Source: a virus
Taxonomy: Duplodnaviria; Heunggongvirae; Uroviricota; Caudoviricetes
Virus record (IMG/VR): IMGVR_UViG_3300049049_000146
Location: 131,216-195,215 of that record
DNA length: 64,000 nt
Strand: one strand, 5' to 3'
The notes under the pieces were generated by a model, which saw only the letters and a list, made by a program, of their open reading frames with translations, searched no databases and was not told where the DNA came from. Both the position numbers and the translations under genes were made by a program. Position 1 is the stretch's first letter, and every line of letters starts with the position of its first letter. This document shows, one piece after another, positions 28,757 to 38,156 of the stretch.

Positions 28757-29295
28757 TTCTTGACCTTCTTCTCTTTCTTCGCACGCATCGTAGCGAGACG
28801 CTTCATTTCGGAAGGGTACTTAGCTGCGAGATTGCGAAGCTCGTTGATTTCCTTCGCTGCCTGCTCGTCACGCTTCTTCTTGTAGGCGTCCTTGCGCTTC
28901 TTCTTGGCGACGGCTTCGGCTTCAAGCTCCTCGGCCGTCATATCCCGAAAGCCGTGGATGCTGAGCCGGATGCGGGAACTCGCATTGCAGCTACAATCGT
29001 TGTCTCCGTAGCCGGAGTCAAGCTCACAGGAGAACAGCAGCGCGGCATCAACAGTGACGTTGCTGATGGGGTACTTACGACCCTTCACCCATTCACGAAT
29101 CTCGGCAACAGCTTCTGCAAGCTCATCCTCAACACTATCACTGAACGCGAGCGCATTGAGGATAGTCGAAGCCAAGAACTGCTCATCGACAGTGTAGACA
29201 CGGATGTCAATCCGCTCCGGAATCTGCACATACCAGGTACGGCAGTAATTGACCGTGTTTCCTGTTCTCGACGTCACTTCTCGATCGCTGTACAT
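28753..29295 (-). CDS. hypothetical protein
   Basis: Tiling; basic coiled-coil tail. Confidence 0.6.
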   Translation of the reverse strand: MYSDREVTSRTGNTVNYCRTWYVQIPERIDIRVYTVDEQFLASTILNALAFSDSVEDELAEAVAEIREWVKGRKYPISNVTVDAALLFSCELDSGYGDNDCSCNASSRIRLSIHGFRDMTAEELEAEAVAKKKRKDAYKKKRDEQAAKEINELRNLAAKYPSEMKRLATMRAKKEKKVKK

Positions 29296-29304
29296 ACCGT
29301 CCTC

Positions 29305-29343
29305 AAAACAAGAAAGGCCCGCCAGGTTTCCCTGACGAGCCTC
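29305..29343 (-). terminator. intrinsic terminator
   Basis: AGGCTCGTCAGG-GAAA-CCTGGCGGGCCT followed by TTCTTGTTTT. Confidence 0.75.
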
Positions 29344-29354
29344 TCTTTACCGAA

Positions 29355-29501
29355 TCACTTCTTCTCGCGCAGCTTGATTTCGAGTTCCTTGTCGCCCAGC
29401 TGCGCCTTCACTGCCCCTCGGCTACTCGAAAACCTGAGGTGTCCGAAGTACCAGGCAGCGACCAGTCCTACGACGACGAGGATTCCGATAAGCTCGAACA
29501 T
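29355..29501 (-). CDS. 48-aa single-TM protein coupled to the vWA gene (not in ORF track)
   Basis: MFELIGILVVVGLVAAWYFG...; ATGA overlap. Confidence 0.55.
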   Translation of the reverse strand: MFELIGILVVVGLVAAWYFGHLRFSSSRGAVKAQLGDKELEIKLREKK

Positions 29502-30244
29502 CAGAAGCTCAGCGACTGCGAGGGGCCACCGGTTCCGAGCGCCTGCGACTGTGCCGAGATCGACTTGCTGACGAACTCAGCGAGCTTCGCCAGGGTCTTC
29601 GAATCGGCCTTGTCGATCTCCACGTACTGCGTGAAGCCTGCCTCGCTCTTGAACGCCTGGAGGTACGACGACAGCTTCGGGTCCTGGACGTTCACGCCGA
29701 TGAGCACCGACACGACCGACTCGACCACCTCGGACTGCGTCAGGTCCTTCAGGGCGCGAGCGACCGACTGCGCGTTCATCGTCGAGCGATTGTCGTCACC
29801 GTCGGTCACGACGAACAGAATCGCGTTGACGCTGTAGTCGTTGTCGGTGAGATCCTTCGCGTAGTGGCGAATCGACTCGATCATGTTGTGAGCGCCGTCG
29901 AACATCGCCGTCATGCCGCCGACCGAGAGGGCGGAGGCATACGAATCGACGTTGCACTCAGAGAGCGGCTTGAACCCGTGAATCTCCTTGACGTCGTTGG
30001 CGAACTGCGCACAACGCATCATCAGGTTGTCAGCACGAGGGCTGTGGCGGCAGGAGCGCACGATCTCCTGAGTTGCCTTGTTGATGTCACTCTCGAACGG
30101 GGTGACCGAACTGGACGCGTCCAGCGAAATTCCGACGAGCGTGTACTCACTCGCCTGGAGGTCGTTGATGCGAGTCGCAGAGAATCCATAGGGCGAGCCC
30201 TGGATCTTGCGCTCTTCAAGGGAATCATCATTCAACAGCGGCAT
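29501..30244 (-). CDS. vWA domain protein (TerY/YegL-like)
   Basis: MIDAS LDASSSV, GGMTAMFDG, FVVTDGDDNRS. Confidence 0.85.
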   Translation of the reverse strand: MPLLNDDSLEERKIQGSPYGFSATRINDLQASEYTLVGISLDASSSVTPFESDINKATQEIVRSCRHSPRADNLMMRCAQFANDVKEIHGFKPLSECNVDSYASALSVGGMTAMFDGAHNMIESIRHYAKDLTDNDYSVNAILFVVTDGDDNRSTMNAQSVARALKDLTQSEVVESVVSVLIGVNVQDPKLSSYLQAFKSEAGFTQYVEIDKADSKTLAKLAEFVSKSISAQSQALGTGGPSQSLSF

Positions 30245-30264
30245 TCGTATCTCCTCTTCTCGAA

Positions 30265-30588
30265 CTAATTGACGTCTTCAGGCTTCTTTGCCTTGAACAT
30301 TGCCTCGGTCAGTTCACGATTTAGTTGCAGGGAAGCGTCCGTGAACGCCTTTGCGACTTCTGGATTCTCGAACGCGATTTCAAGAATCGCGGCGGCGGCA
30401 GAAATCACGGCCAAGCAATGGCCGTCCTTCCCCTTTCTCGCGAACCTCTCCATGAGATCGTCGACCAGCTGAATTGCTGCGTCGATAATCTCTTTGTCCT
30501 CTTCGGGGCTGAGGCCGCCCTTCCAGTCGTCGAACTTGCGGCTCTTCATCTCACGCTCCCTGAGAATGGGGTGCTGACCGGCCCGCAT
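30265..30588 (-). CDS. hypothetical protein
   Basis: Between pncA and vWA. Confidence 0.55.
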   Translation of the reverse strand: MRAGQHPILREREMKSRKFDDWKGGLSPEEDKEIIDAAIQLVDDLMERFARKGKDGHCLAVISAAAAILEIAFENPEVAKAFTDASLQLNRELTEAMFKAKKPEDVN

Positions 30589-30607
30589 CAGTCAGCACCC
30601 CTCCCCG

Positions 30608-31414
30608 TTACGCCAGGAAATCGGTCGTCGTGGTCGTCTTCATGCCCTGCTTGGTCAGGTCACGGACGAATGCCTCACCGTACTGCTCGAAGCTACCCAC
30701 GTTGCTCGACGCGTCGGTCAGCAGGTGGATCTTCTCGACGTACTGAGGCTTCGAGAAGTTGCTGACGATATCACGGACGGTGTTCGCCAGGCAGTGCGAA
30801 AGCGCCTCGCCAGCGACGAGGATGACGTCCGCGTTCTCCAGCGTGTTGATGAACCGCGTGTTCACCTGCGTCGCGGGGTCCTCCGGGTCCGGAACCTCCG
30901 CCTTGACCGCCGAGAAGTGCTCGGTCCAGGGATTCGAGCCCTTGGTGACGAAATCGGCCAGAGCGTAGCGCTCCTCCCATGCGTGCACCGCCGCCGAGAA
31001 CTCCGGGAACACGTTGTGGCCCTCGTCGCCGATGAGGCAGTGGTACGGCCAGATCACGTGCGGGTAGCGGTTCGTCGCCTCCAGGGCTCGAAGGTACGAA
31101 AGCGAGCGCTTGTACGCGCCGGGCTGCGTCGTCGTCCAGGCTCCCGCCTCGACGTCCTTCGCGGTGATCATCGTGAACGGATTCGGGTGACGACCACTCG
31201 AATCCTTCCACCACATCGGGTGCGAGATGTCCACCTTGCGGTGCGAATCCAGCGTGATGTGAATGTCGTTCAGCTTGTTCTTGAGGCGATGAACCATCTT
31301 CGCCAGACGCTTCATGTCCTCCTCGGCGCCCTTCACGTAGAGCGAGCCGTTCGGATTGCAGAAGTCGTTCTGCGGGTCGATGACAACGAGTTCAATCTTA
31401 GCAGCCATTCTCAA
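30608..31414 (-). CDS. pncA: nicotinamidase / cysteine hydrolase (PncA)
   Basis: VIDPQNDFC..GSLYV.GA, TLDSH...ISH, WPYHC..G..G, KG, GEALSHCLANT (catalytic Cys). Confidence 0.85.
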   Translation of the reverse strand: MRMAAKIELVVIDPQNDFCNPNGSLYVKGAEEDMKRLAKMVHRLKNKLNDIHITLDSHRKVDISHPMWWKDSSGRHPNPFTMITAKDVEAGAWTTTQPGAYKRSLSYLRALEATNRYPHVIWPYHCLIGDEGHNVFPEFSAAVHAWEERYALADFVTKGSNPWTEHFSAVKAEVPDPEDPATQVNTRFINTLENADVILVAGEALSHCLANTVRDIVSNFSKPQYVEKIHLLTDASSNVGSFEQYGEAFVRDLTKQGMKTTTTTDFLA

Positions 31415-31905
31415 CCTTCCTTCATTCTGAGCCAGACACCTTCGTAGCTCACGATCTGTTTGACGAGCCTCGAACCCTGCACCTCGAAAGAGGGCACGTA
31501 CTCATTGCAGCCATACTCCTGAGGATCCTTGCCGAATCGAAGTGCACGCTCGTGCCACCGATTCAGGTACTCCTCAGGAGGGGCTTCGCTCAGGAACACG
31601 GCAACAGAATCGTATGCCGGGTATTCCCTACCATCCGCAGTAGTCCGCATGCGCCCAGGAGTCACCCAGATCGAAGCGGGGCGGAACGTCCCGTGGTCAT
31701 CGGGCTTCTGGACGACCGCCCGTTCGACGAATTCCTTCTCAGCGTCGTCTGCCTCATCCAGAAAGTAGTCGAGGCATTCGAAGCCGACAGAGCATTCACC
31801 GATCTGCCCGGTCATGAATGCAACGAGATTACGCTCGAAATTCCCTGCGTACTCACTCGTGTCGACGATGAAAATGAATTCGTCGGCGGGCGGCTTATAC
31901 ATCAC
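31411..31905 (-). CDS. hypothetical protein
   Basis: IVDTSEYAGNFERNLVAFMTG; tiling. Confidence 0.6.
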   Translation of the reverse strand: MMYKPPADEFIFIVDTSEYAGNFERNLVAFMTGQIGECSVGFECLDYFLDEADDAEKEFVERAVVQKPDDHGTFRPASIWVTPGRMRTTADGREYPAYDSVAVFLSEAPPEEYLNRWHERALRFGKDPQEYGCNEYVPSFEVQGSRLVKQIVSYEGVWLRMKEG

Positions 31906-32138
31906 GCACCATCAACGTCGTTGAGGTGAATCTCCGTGCTGCCAGCGGCGACGCGAACACCATCAGTGCCGACGTGGCGGACGTCGATGCGGTCGACACC
32001 GGACATGATCCGGATATCGCCTGCCGTCGACACGTGCACCTCGCAACGGCGTCCGTCACGTGCGCACCAACTGATGATGGCGATATCGCCCTTCTGATTC
32101 TTGTCGCGATTGATTTCCATGCTTCCCTTAAAGGACAC
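31902..32138 (-). CDS. hypothetical protein
   Basis: Tiling. Confidence 0.5.
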   Translation of the reverse strand: MSFKGSMEINRDKNQKGDIAIISWCARDGRRCEVHVSTAGDIRIMSGVDRIDVRHVGTDGVRVAAGSTEIHLNDVDGA

Positions 32139-33507
32139 GAAGAATGACGCGGTCCTTCTTCGTCTTTACATAGTTGTGGTCCGCGAACGCGCACTGGAGG
32201 TAGTGCGAATCGTGGGGCACAGCGCACTGCGTGAGGTACTTGCAATTGTTCATGCAAGCCTTGTGGTGCGGGTAAGCCGCCCCATCGAGCTTCGTCCAGA
32301 CGTACTGGAAGTCAGACTCGAAGATGCTGTGCTCCCGCTTGTACTTCAGCGCACGCTCAAGCGAGTCCTTGACGGAACTCGCAACGTGCTCCTCGATTTC
32401 CTCAGCGGAGAGATCGACGCGGTCCTTCCAATACGAACGCGTCTCCTCTACGATTTCCGCCTCCGACCGATTGTCCGGCTCGAACGGCTCGAAGGAGCTA
32501 TGCGAAACATAGCCCTTGTCGTCGACGTAACAGGAGAAGAGCCCTTCCTGACGTACGGCGTACCGCGTGTCAACGCCAGGGATCTTCATGCTGAGGAAAT
32601 AGGGCAGGAGCCCCTCCGAGAAGGCGAAACGAAATCCCGCCTTCTGCTGCGCCGACATGATTGCGTAGGGCAGGGCACTCTGGTACGTGTGCTTCGACAT
32701 CACGCCAGAGAATCCACCACGACCGACGGGGTAGTAAGCGAGAAGCACGATGTTCAGATCGCGCAGACCCACAGACGCTAGCTCGTCGAGCGACTGAGCC
32801 ACCCGGTCGTCGGCAATCACGTGCACGTTCATGAGGACGTGCTTTGCGAGCTTCGCCCGCCACGTATCGTAGACCTCACGGAAATACGCGGGGCCCTTGA
32901 ATGCATGGTACGTCAACGCAACGCCGCCACAATATTCGTTGGTCGCCTTGATGACGTCCTCCCGAACAATGTGGCCCGCGGTCGTGTAGTTCGGGACGGT
33001 GCCCTTCTCACGGGTGTAGGAAAGGAACCACGGGAAATCAGGGTGCGCGGTCGGCTCGCCGCCGCCGAACGCAATCTGATACGGCGCGTGCTTCAGCGTG
33101 AAGATGCGCTCCAGAAGTTCACGGGAAGCGTGCTTCCCCGCAGTCGTCGAAGACTGGTAGCAGTAGTCGCAGCCGAAATTGCACCAGTCCGTGATCTTCA
33201 CGTCCACGGTCTCGGGGCTCGGCGACCAAGCGAAATGACGACGAGCACCCCAGTGGACGTACTCGTCGTCACCCGCACCGCGAAGCTCACGGTCCCAACG
33301 CTTCTCGAACTCTTCCCACCCCTTGGCGTACTCCCGAATACCATGAAGCTTCATGGCAATCATTTCGGGAAGCGTGTCCAAGCCATAGCCGTGACGCCCC
33401 TTCTCAGGAACGTCGGTCACGCGGACCAGGGTCCCGCTCTTCGGGTCGAACGTCGACTGGTAGAATACGTACCCGTCGAATTCATTCTTCATCTGTCGCA
33501 TGTTCAA
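32128..33507 (-). CDS. radical SAM protein
   Basis: VKITDWCNFGCDYCYQ (CxxxCxxC), QIAFGGGEPT.HP, PNYTT.G, PVGRG. Confidence 0.9.
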   Translation of the reverse strand: MNMRQMKNEFDGYVFYQSTFDPKSGTLVRVTDVPEKGRHGYGLDTLPEMIAMKLHGIREYAKGWEEFEKRWDRELRGAGDDEYVHWGARRHFAWSPSPETVDVKITDWCNFGCDYCYQSSTTAGKHASRELLERIFTLKHAPYQIAFGGGEPTAHPDFPWFLSYTREKGTVPNYTTAGHIVREDVIKATNEYCGGVALTYHAFKGPAYFREVYDTWRAKLAKHVLMNVHVIADDRVAQSLDELASVGLRDLNIVLLAYYPVGRGGFSGVMSKHTYQSALPYAIMSAQQKAGFRFAFSEGLLPYFLSMKIPGVDTRYAVRQEGLFSCYVDDKGYVSHSSFEPFEPDNRSEAEIVEETRSYWKDRVDLSAEEIEEHVASSVKDSLERALKYKREHSIFESDFQYVWTKLDGAAYPHHKACMNNCKYLTQCAVPHDSHYLQCAFADHNYVKTKKDRVILRVL

Positions 33508-34013
33508 CCTGCAGGGCCATCGACGCCGCAGACACGATCACTGAGACCGAAATCGAAGCGGCACGAATAGCGGTAGCGCCCGTCCGTCGGGCAATCACTG
33601 TCATCCTCGCAGTGCGCCGTGCAGCCCGACACGGTGATGCAGATCGTGGAATCGCACTGCGGACCGGACGTGCAGCTATTGCCAACCTCGTAGCACTGAC
33701 CCATCCAGCAAGCGTGGCTCGCCGGACAATCCGCAGCGACGCTGCACCCGGCGTCGGTCGTCCCGGCGTCCGTGCCGGCGTCGACCATTTCAACCATTCC
33801 CGAATCGGTACCGGCATCCTCGGTACCCGAGTCCTGACCGCCATCCTCCTCGATCACCGCGTCAGGGACGTCCACCTGGGCGTCGTCCAGCGGCATCGCC
33901 GCGTCGTCCGTACCGCCATCAGCGGTCGTCAGGTCGGGCCCAAGGGCCGAGAGATCGTACATGCAGCCGACACAGAAGACGGCCACCAAAAGGCTTAGCC
34001 TCGTCATTTTCAC
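33504..34013 (-). CDS. myxobacterial-type lipoprotein with DAG repeats and Cys-rich domain
   Basis: Lipobox VGC; repeated DGG/DAG/DSG; C...ADC.....C..GQC repeats. Confidence 0.75.
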   Translation of the reverse strand: MKMTRLSLLVAVFCVGCMYDLSALGPDLTTADGGTDDAAMPLDDAQVDVPDAVIEEDGGQDSGTEDAGTDSGMVEMVDAGTDAGTTDAGCSVAADCPASHACWMGQCYEVGNSCTSGPQCDSTICITVSGCTAHCEDDSDCPTDGRYRYSCRFDFGLSDRVCGVDGPAG

Positions 34014-34765
34014 AGCCCTCCAAACTCGAAGGCGAAGGAGACACCGGCAGCGACTGCCAGAGCACTCGTGACACCGATCATCACGTTCGTTGCGAGAGAC
34101 AGCGAATCGACGTTGCTGATTTCACCAGGCGTGCATCCCGAAGGCGTCAGACCACAACCCGAAGCCAGCTGATGGTACTGTGCATCCGCAACAGCACCCA
34201 GCGAAATCGTGGTGACGAGGGAAAGAATCGTCGCGACACCAAAGGACGTCGTCCAGACGAACTGAAATCCCTGGGGAGGCGGCGGAGGAATTTCCTCGAC
34301 AGGCGGCTCCGGATCCGGCACGACCTCCGGCTCAGGCTCAGGAGCCACCTCGGGCTCCGGTTCCGGCTCGGGCTGCGTCTCGGGAGGCGGAGCCAGACTC
34401 TCCAGGAGCGACGTCATCGTTCCGATTCGCGTCTGGACATCGACGCGGTCATCGGAATTCGGAAGCTCACGGAGATAGCGACGGAAAGCAGCCACACCGC
34501 GGTGAAGATTATCGACATCGTGCGTCGTATCGTACGCTCGCTGGTAGCAGAGACCGATGTTGTACAGAAGCTCGGGAGCGAAGACGAGAGTGAAGCTTCG
34601 CTCGAAGTGCTGAGCGCAGTCGAGCCAGCGGCTCGTACGGAACGCCAGAGCGCCCTGCTCGTAGTGCAATCGAGCTTCCTCGATGCTCGCATCATCAGTC
34701 GCCTGCTGTGCCAGGGCTGTGCACGGCAGCAAGAACAGAACGAACACGAAAACTAGAGAACGCAT
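34010..34765 (-). CDS. myxobacterial-type TPR membrane protein
   Basis: Signal peptide; EEAR.HYEQG..AF; PELLYNIGLCY; A..AFRRYL; PE-rich linker; C-terminal TMs with GC...GC. Confidence 0.8.
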   Translation of the reverse strand: MRSLVFVFVLFLLPCTALAQQATDDASIEEARLHYEQGALAFRTSRWLDCAQHFERSFTLVFAPELLYNIGLCYQRAYDTTHDVDNLHRGVAAFRRYLRELPNSDDRVDVQTRIGTMTSLLESLAPPPETQPEPEPEPEVAPEPEPEVVPDPEPPVEEIPPPPPQGFQFVWTTSFGVATILSLVTTISLGAVADAQYHQLASGCGLTPSGCTPGEISNVDSLSLATNVMIGVTSALAVAAGVSFAFEFGGL

Positions 34766-34803
34766 AGGGACCTCCTGAGGCCACCCGGCCTCCTCATGAA
34801 CCC

Positions 34804-34820
34804 TAGCATCGTTGGACTTT
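34804..34820 (-). promoter_or_regulatory. class A promoter-like motif, copy 5
   Basis: AAAGTCCAACGATGCTA upstream of the TPR gene. Confidence 0.75.
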
Positions 34821-34830
34821 GCCCTATGTT

Positions 34831-35217
34831 TCAGCGCACACCGCGATGGTGTAAACACACCCACCCGTTACGGCCGCCTTGCACGAGAACAACAACGCCA
34901 CCTTCAACTTCGCACTCAGACTTTCGGATCTCGTCGAACAGAATCAGGCCGAAGAAAACGATGAGCGTCGCAATGAGCAAGAACATAGCCGAAGCAATCT
35001 TCGCCCGCTGCGTGCGGGAAGTGCTGTCGACCCCAATCTGCTCGATTGCACTGTCGATCTCAGCCTTCTCTGCTGAAGGTTGAGTCCACTTCTGCTTGGA
35101 TTCTCCGAGCGGGTGCACGACGCGCAGGGCGCGCTTACTTGCCTTGCGATACATTGGCGCTCCTAATTGCCGTCGAGGAAACCGCCAGCAGTTCAGCGCG
35201 GGTCTGCGGCACCGCAA
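34831..35217 (-). CDS. small membrane protein
   Basis: TM then ECEVEGGVVV....GWVC. Confidence 0.55.
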   Translation of the reverse strand: MRCRRPALNCWRFPRRQLGAPMYRKASKRALRVVHPLGESKQKWTQPSAEKAEIDSAIEQIGVDSTSRTQRAKIASAMFLLIATLIVFFGLILFDEIRKSECEVEGGVVVLVQGGRNGWVCLHHRGVR

Positions 35218-35725
35218 CGACGTTCACCGGCCTCACAGGAACCGACTGAAGGTCCTGAAGAACGCCCTTGTGAATTCGCGGCCAGACGTGAAACTTCGCG
35301 TCGAGAGCCTCGATACCATCAATACCGTAATTGTCGACGGCACGCTGGTACGTATCGATGCCCATGTGGAAGTGCAGCTGAGAAACGCAGCAGCGACGGA
35401 GGAGCTTGATTTTGTCGATGAATAAGCTCTCCTTCGTCACGATGACAGGAGCGTACCCACGGAACTGATCGAGGCGCTGGAAAATCTCGTCCTTCGTCAG
35501 ATCCTCCTTGTCGACACGCGACGCAGAGATTTCGAAGAACTTCGCGCTGCCCCAGCGATCGATCTGAATCGAATCGTAGATGTGACGGTGACCGTCGTGG
35601 AGTGGATTGAACGACCCGGGCACCACATGCAGGTCGAAGAACGCGGTGTCGTTCAGCGGGTGCAAATCGTACCCACCGACCCAAATTCCTGTATCAGACA
35701 AGGTAGCCTCCTTCGACAAGCTCAA
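35135..35725 (-). CDS. HxGH nucleotidyltransferase, NMN/NaMN adenylyltransferase-like (NadD/Pof1-like)
   Basis: PGSFNPLHDGH, FEIS...VDK, LFIDK, MGIDTYQR, VSSTAIR. Confidence 0.8.
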   Translation of the reverse strand: MSLSKEATLSDTGIWVGGYDLHPLNDTAFFDLHVVPGSFNPLHDGHRHIYDSIQIDRWGSAKFFEISASRVDKEDLTKDEIFQRLDQFRGYAPVIVTKESLFIDKIKLLRRCCVSQLHFHMGIDTYQRAVDNYGIDGIEALDAKFHVWPRIHKGVLQDLQSVPVRPVNVVAVPQTRAELLAVSSTAIRSANVSQGK

Positions 35726-36287
35726 GGCAGAGCTTACTAGGAATACCGGTGACCAGACTCAACGCAACCTCACTGACCATGCGGTCTTGAGCGAGGCGGT
35801 TGCGAAAAACATTCGGGGCCGTGTGCTCGTGCTCTTCGAGCTTGTCAAGACGAAGCTGCCACGCCTTGTCTGCCGTGGCGATCCATGCACGATTACCACC
35901 TCTGCGGTACCGAGCAGACGTGATTGCGCCGGTTACTGCCACCAGACTCACGTCGCGTCCAGCCGTGGCCTTCGACAAGGCACGGAGCATGAACTTGACA
36001 CGCTCAGGAGAAACGGCAGGAGCCATCTCCGCCTCGACGTAGGTGTCATGGTCCAGGTTTGCCTTGAGGAAGCGAAACATCGCCTCCTCTGAGTAAAGAA
36101 CCTGGATCTCGTCCACCACACGGCTCGCGCCTGGAGCAGAAATGAGGCTCGTGAACCATGCACCACAGCCGGTGATGACCGCGCTAATCTTCGGCCCCTT
36201 GTAATTCGCAACCACACGAGCGTGGCTGAAATCGTGAGGGTCGTTAGCGAGGTCAGCTAGGATCTCATCCTCGGTCATCGTCGTCAT
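35694..36287 (-). CDS. CinA C-terminal / PncC-like (NMN deamidase fold) protein
   Basis: ITGCG...LISAPGASR.....V.YS.EA...FL, AVSPE....M, VAVTG, RG.NRAWIA; adjacent to the NadD-like gene. Confidence 0.65.
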   Translation of the reverse strand: MTTMTEDEILADLANDPHDFSHARVVANYKGPKISAVITGCGAWFTSLISAPGASRVVDEIQVLYSEEAMFRFLKANLDHDTYVEAEMAPAVSPERVKFMLRALSKATAGRDVSLVAVTGAITSARYRRGGNRAWIATADKAWQLRLDKLEEHEHTAPNVFRNRLAQDRMVSEVALSLVTGIPSKLCLELVEGGYLV

Positions 36288-36657
36288 GGCTATTAGTATC
36301 GACGGACTTTTCAGGACGGGCCATATCCCACAGTGGGAAACCCGCGTCAGCGAACTGCTTCTGAAGCTCGTGGAACTTCTTTACCTGCTCACAGTGCTCA
36401 AGAGAGAAAGCTGAATGCCACAACCGAGCGTATTCAGACGCCATGCCCGCGAGCATAGTCGTCAGGAATTGAAGCTGTCGATGATCAAGCTTCATCGCTG
36501 CTTCCATCGCGGCGTTCGTCGCCTTCGCGTAGTTGCCTGCCTTCAGACCTTCACGGAAGTCGTTGAACGTGCTGTCCACCGCGTCCATGTCGATCGTCTC
36601 GGTCTCCCCGTCAGCGTTGCGCTGGATGAGGATCTTGTTCCCGGTCACGTTGAACAT
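36265..36657 (-). CDS. hypothetical protein
   Basis: Tiling. Confidence 0.6.
   Translation of the reverse strand: MFNVTGNKILIQRNADGETETIDMDAVDSTFNDFREGLKAGNYAKATNAAMEAAMKLDHRQLQFLTTMLAGMASEYARLWHSAFSLEHCEQVKKFHELQKQFADAGFPLWDMARPEKSVDTNSHDDDDRG
36294..36310 (-). promoter_or_regulatory. class A promoter-like motif, copy 6
   Basis: AAAGTCCGTCGATACTA, 6 nt before the ATG at 36287. Confidence 0.75.
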
Positions 36658-36658
36658 G

Positions 36659-37186
36659 TTACCGCCTCTTGTAGTGAGTCACAGTGAGGCCAGGCTGATA
36701 CGGATGCTTATCCGTGCTGGCGACCATGAAGCGAAGAAACGAAATCTCGGGAAAGCGCACTAACGTTCCGTCGTCCGGCACGTCATCAGGTACGTTCGTG
36801 AGCCAGATCTCGTCGGCGATCCTCATCGCCTCGGCGTACATCCGAGCGCCACCAATAACCCACGCCGTGTCGTAGAACGCGCCGGGGGTGCTGGTGGTCA
36901 TATTGTACCCGCGGGCGGCTTTCAGGGCCTCGTCGAGGGTGCGTACGGCGCACACGGTCTTGTAGTTCTCGGGCTTGGACGTAACGACGATCGGGTATCG
37001 ATACGGAAGCGGGCTCTTGATCGACTCCCAGGTATTTCGCCCCATGATGATGGGCGAATACATCGTCTTCTCCTTGAAGAACTTCAGATCTCCAGGATAG
37101 CGCCAGGGCAGATCGTTCCCCTTACCGATCACCCTATTACGGCCGACAGCCGCGATCAGCTTAACGGTTAGAGGGTTGCTAAACAT
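36659..37186 (-). CDS. folA: dihydrofolate reductase
   Basis: LIAAVGRNRVIGKGNDLPWRYPGDLKFFKEKT, IMGRNTWES, WVIGGARMY. Confidence 0.93.
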   Translation of the reverse strand: MFSNPLTVKLIAAVGRNRVIGKGNDLPWRYPGDLKFFKEKTMYSPIIMGRNTWESIKSPLPYRYPIVVTSKPENYKTVCAVRTLDEALKAARGYNMTTSTPGAFYDTAWVIGGARMYAEAMRIADEIWLTNVPDDVPDDGTLVRFPEISFLRFMVASTDKHPYQPGLTVTHYKRR

Positions 37187-37541
37187 CGGTCTTCGTCGCC
37201 GCATGAATGAGGTCGAGCATCTTCTGCGCGTCCTCACGAGCTTTCTGAAGAGTCTCGGGAGGAATTGTTGCAGCGTGCCCCAGCGCGAAACCACGCTGGC
37301 TCAGAATCATGAGCGTAATGTGATTCAGCACGTTCTGCTCAAGGAACGCCACCTTGTGGCGAAGATCCTCATGCGCAAGCCGAAGAGACTCATGGCTGTC
37401 GCAAAGGCCACGCACTTCCCAGTAATCCCACGTCTTCTTCCCACGCAGGCGGCTGACGTAGTCCCGTCCGTACGTGCGATCGATCGGGATGATCGTGAAC
37501 GTCGAATATCTGCTCTTCTCGTCGTCGATTCCGTTGCCCAT
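37179..37541 (-). CDS. hypothetical protein
   Basis: Tiling. Confidence 0.55.
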   Translation of the reverse strand: MGNGIDDEKSRYSTFTIIPIDRTYGRDYVSRLRGKKTWDYWEVRGLCDSHESLRLAHEDLRHKVAFLEQNVLNHITLMILSQRGFALGHAATIPPETLQKAREDAQKMLDLIHAATKTDV

Positions 37542-38156
37542 TCAATCCATGCCCTTCGTGCGCTGAGTCATTGCCTCGCCCCATTCCTGCATCCTCTTCG
37601 CGACTTCATCGATCTCTTCGTCGGAAAGAGTTCTCACCTGCGAGGGTTTGCTGGCGAGGACGGGTTTCTTCAGGTCTTCCTGCTCTTCGCGTATGCGCGC
37701 TCGTCCTTTGGCGTACGATTCCCAGCGCGCAGTCTCGTGGTCGAATTGCACGCCAAGGTGCGCCCGCTGCACAGCGGAGACAAGAAGCTGAATCTCCTGA
37801 TTCACAGCGCGGTCGTTACGATGCTCCGCGTCACGTACGATGAAAACGCGGGCACCACGTACCTCCGCAAGTCCGTAACCGGGCGGAAGGTCATCAACCT
37901 TGAGCAAGCCAGGAGGCGTCAAGTACCACCTAAACTGCCCCATCGATTGCCCCGCCCTCACGTGAATCTTCCCACGGTCACGGTGAAAGTCGGAGCGAGA
38001 TACCTTCACTTCCACTACATGTGAATTGAAACGGTACCACCCAATCACATCAGGCGTCTCGTGAAGAGCAGTTGTCATCTCCGCGAAAACGACAGAACAA
38101 GAATGCCGGCTGCGGAGCCAACGCACAGCGCGGTCAACGAGATCCTTGTGGTTCAT
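37542..38156 (-). CDS. PD-(D/E)xK nuclease-like protein (MmcB-related)
   Basis: PDVIG...VVEVKVSRSDF.RD..K, WYLTPPGLL....LP.GYGL. Confidence 0.75.
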   Translation of the reverse strand: MNHKDLVDRAVRWLRSRHSCSVVFAEMTTALHETPDVIGWYRFNSHVVEVKVSRSDFHRDRGKIHVRAGQSMGQFRWYLTPPGLLKVDDLPPGYGLAEVRGARVFIVRDAEHRNDRAVNQEIQLLVSAVQRAHLGVQFDHETARWESYAKGRARIREEQEDLKKPVLASKPSQVRTLSDEEIDEVAKRMQEWGEAMTQRTKGMD

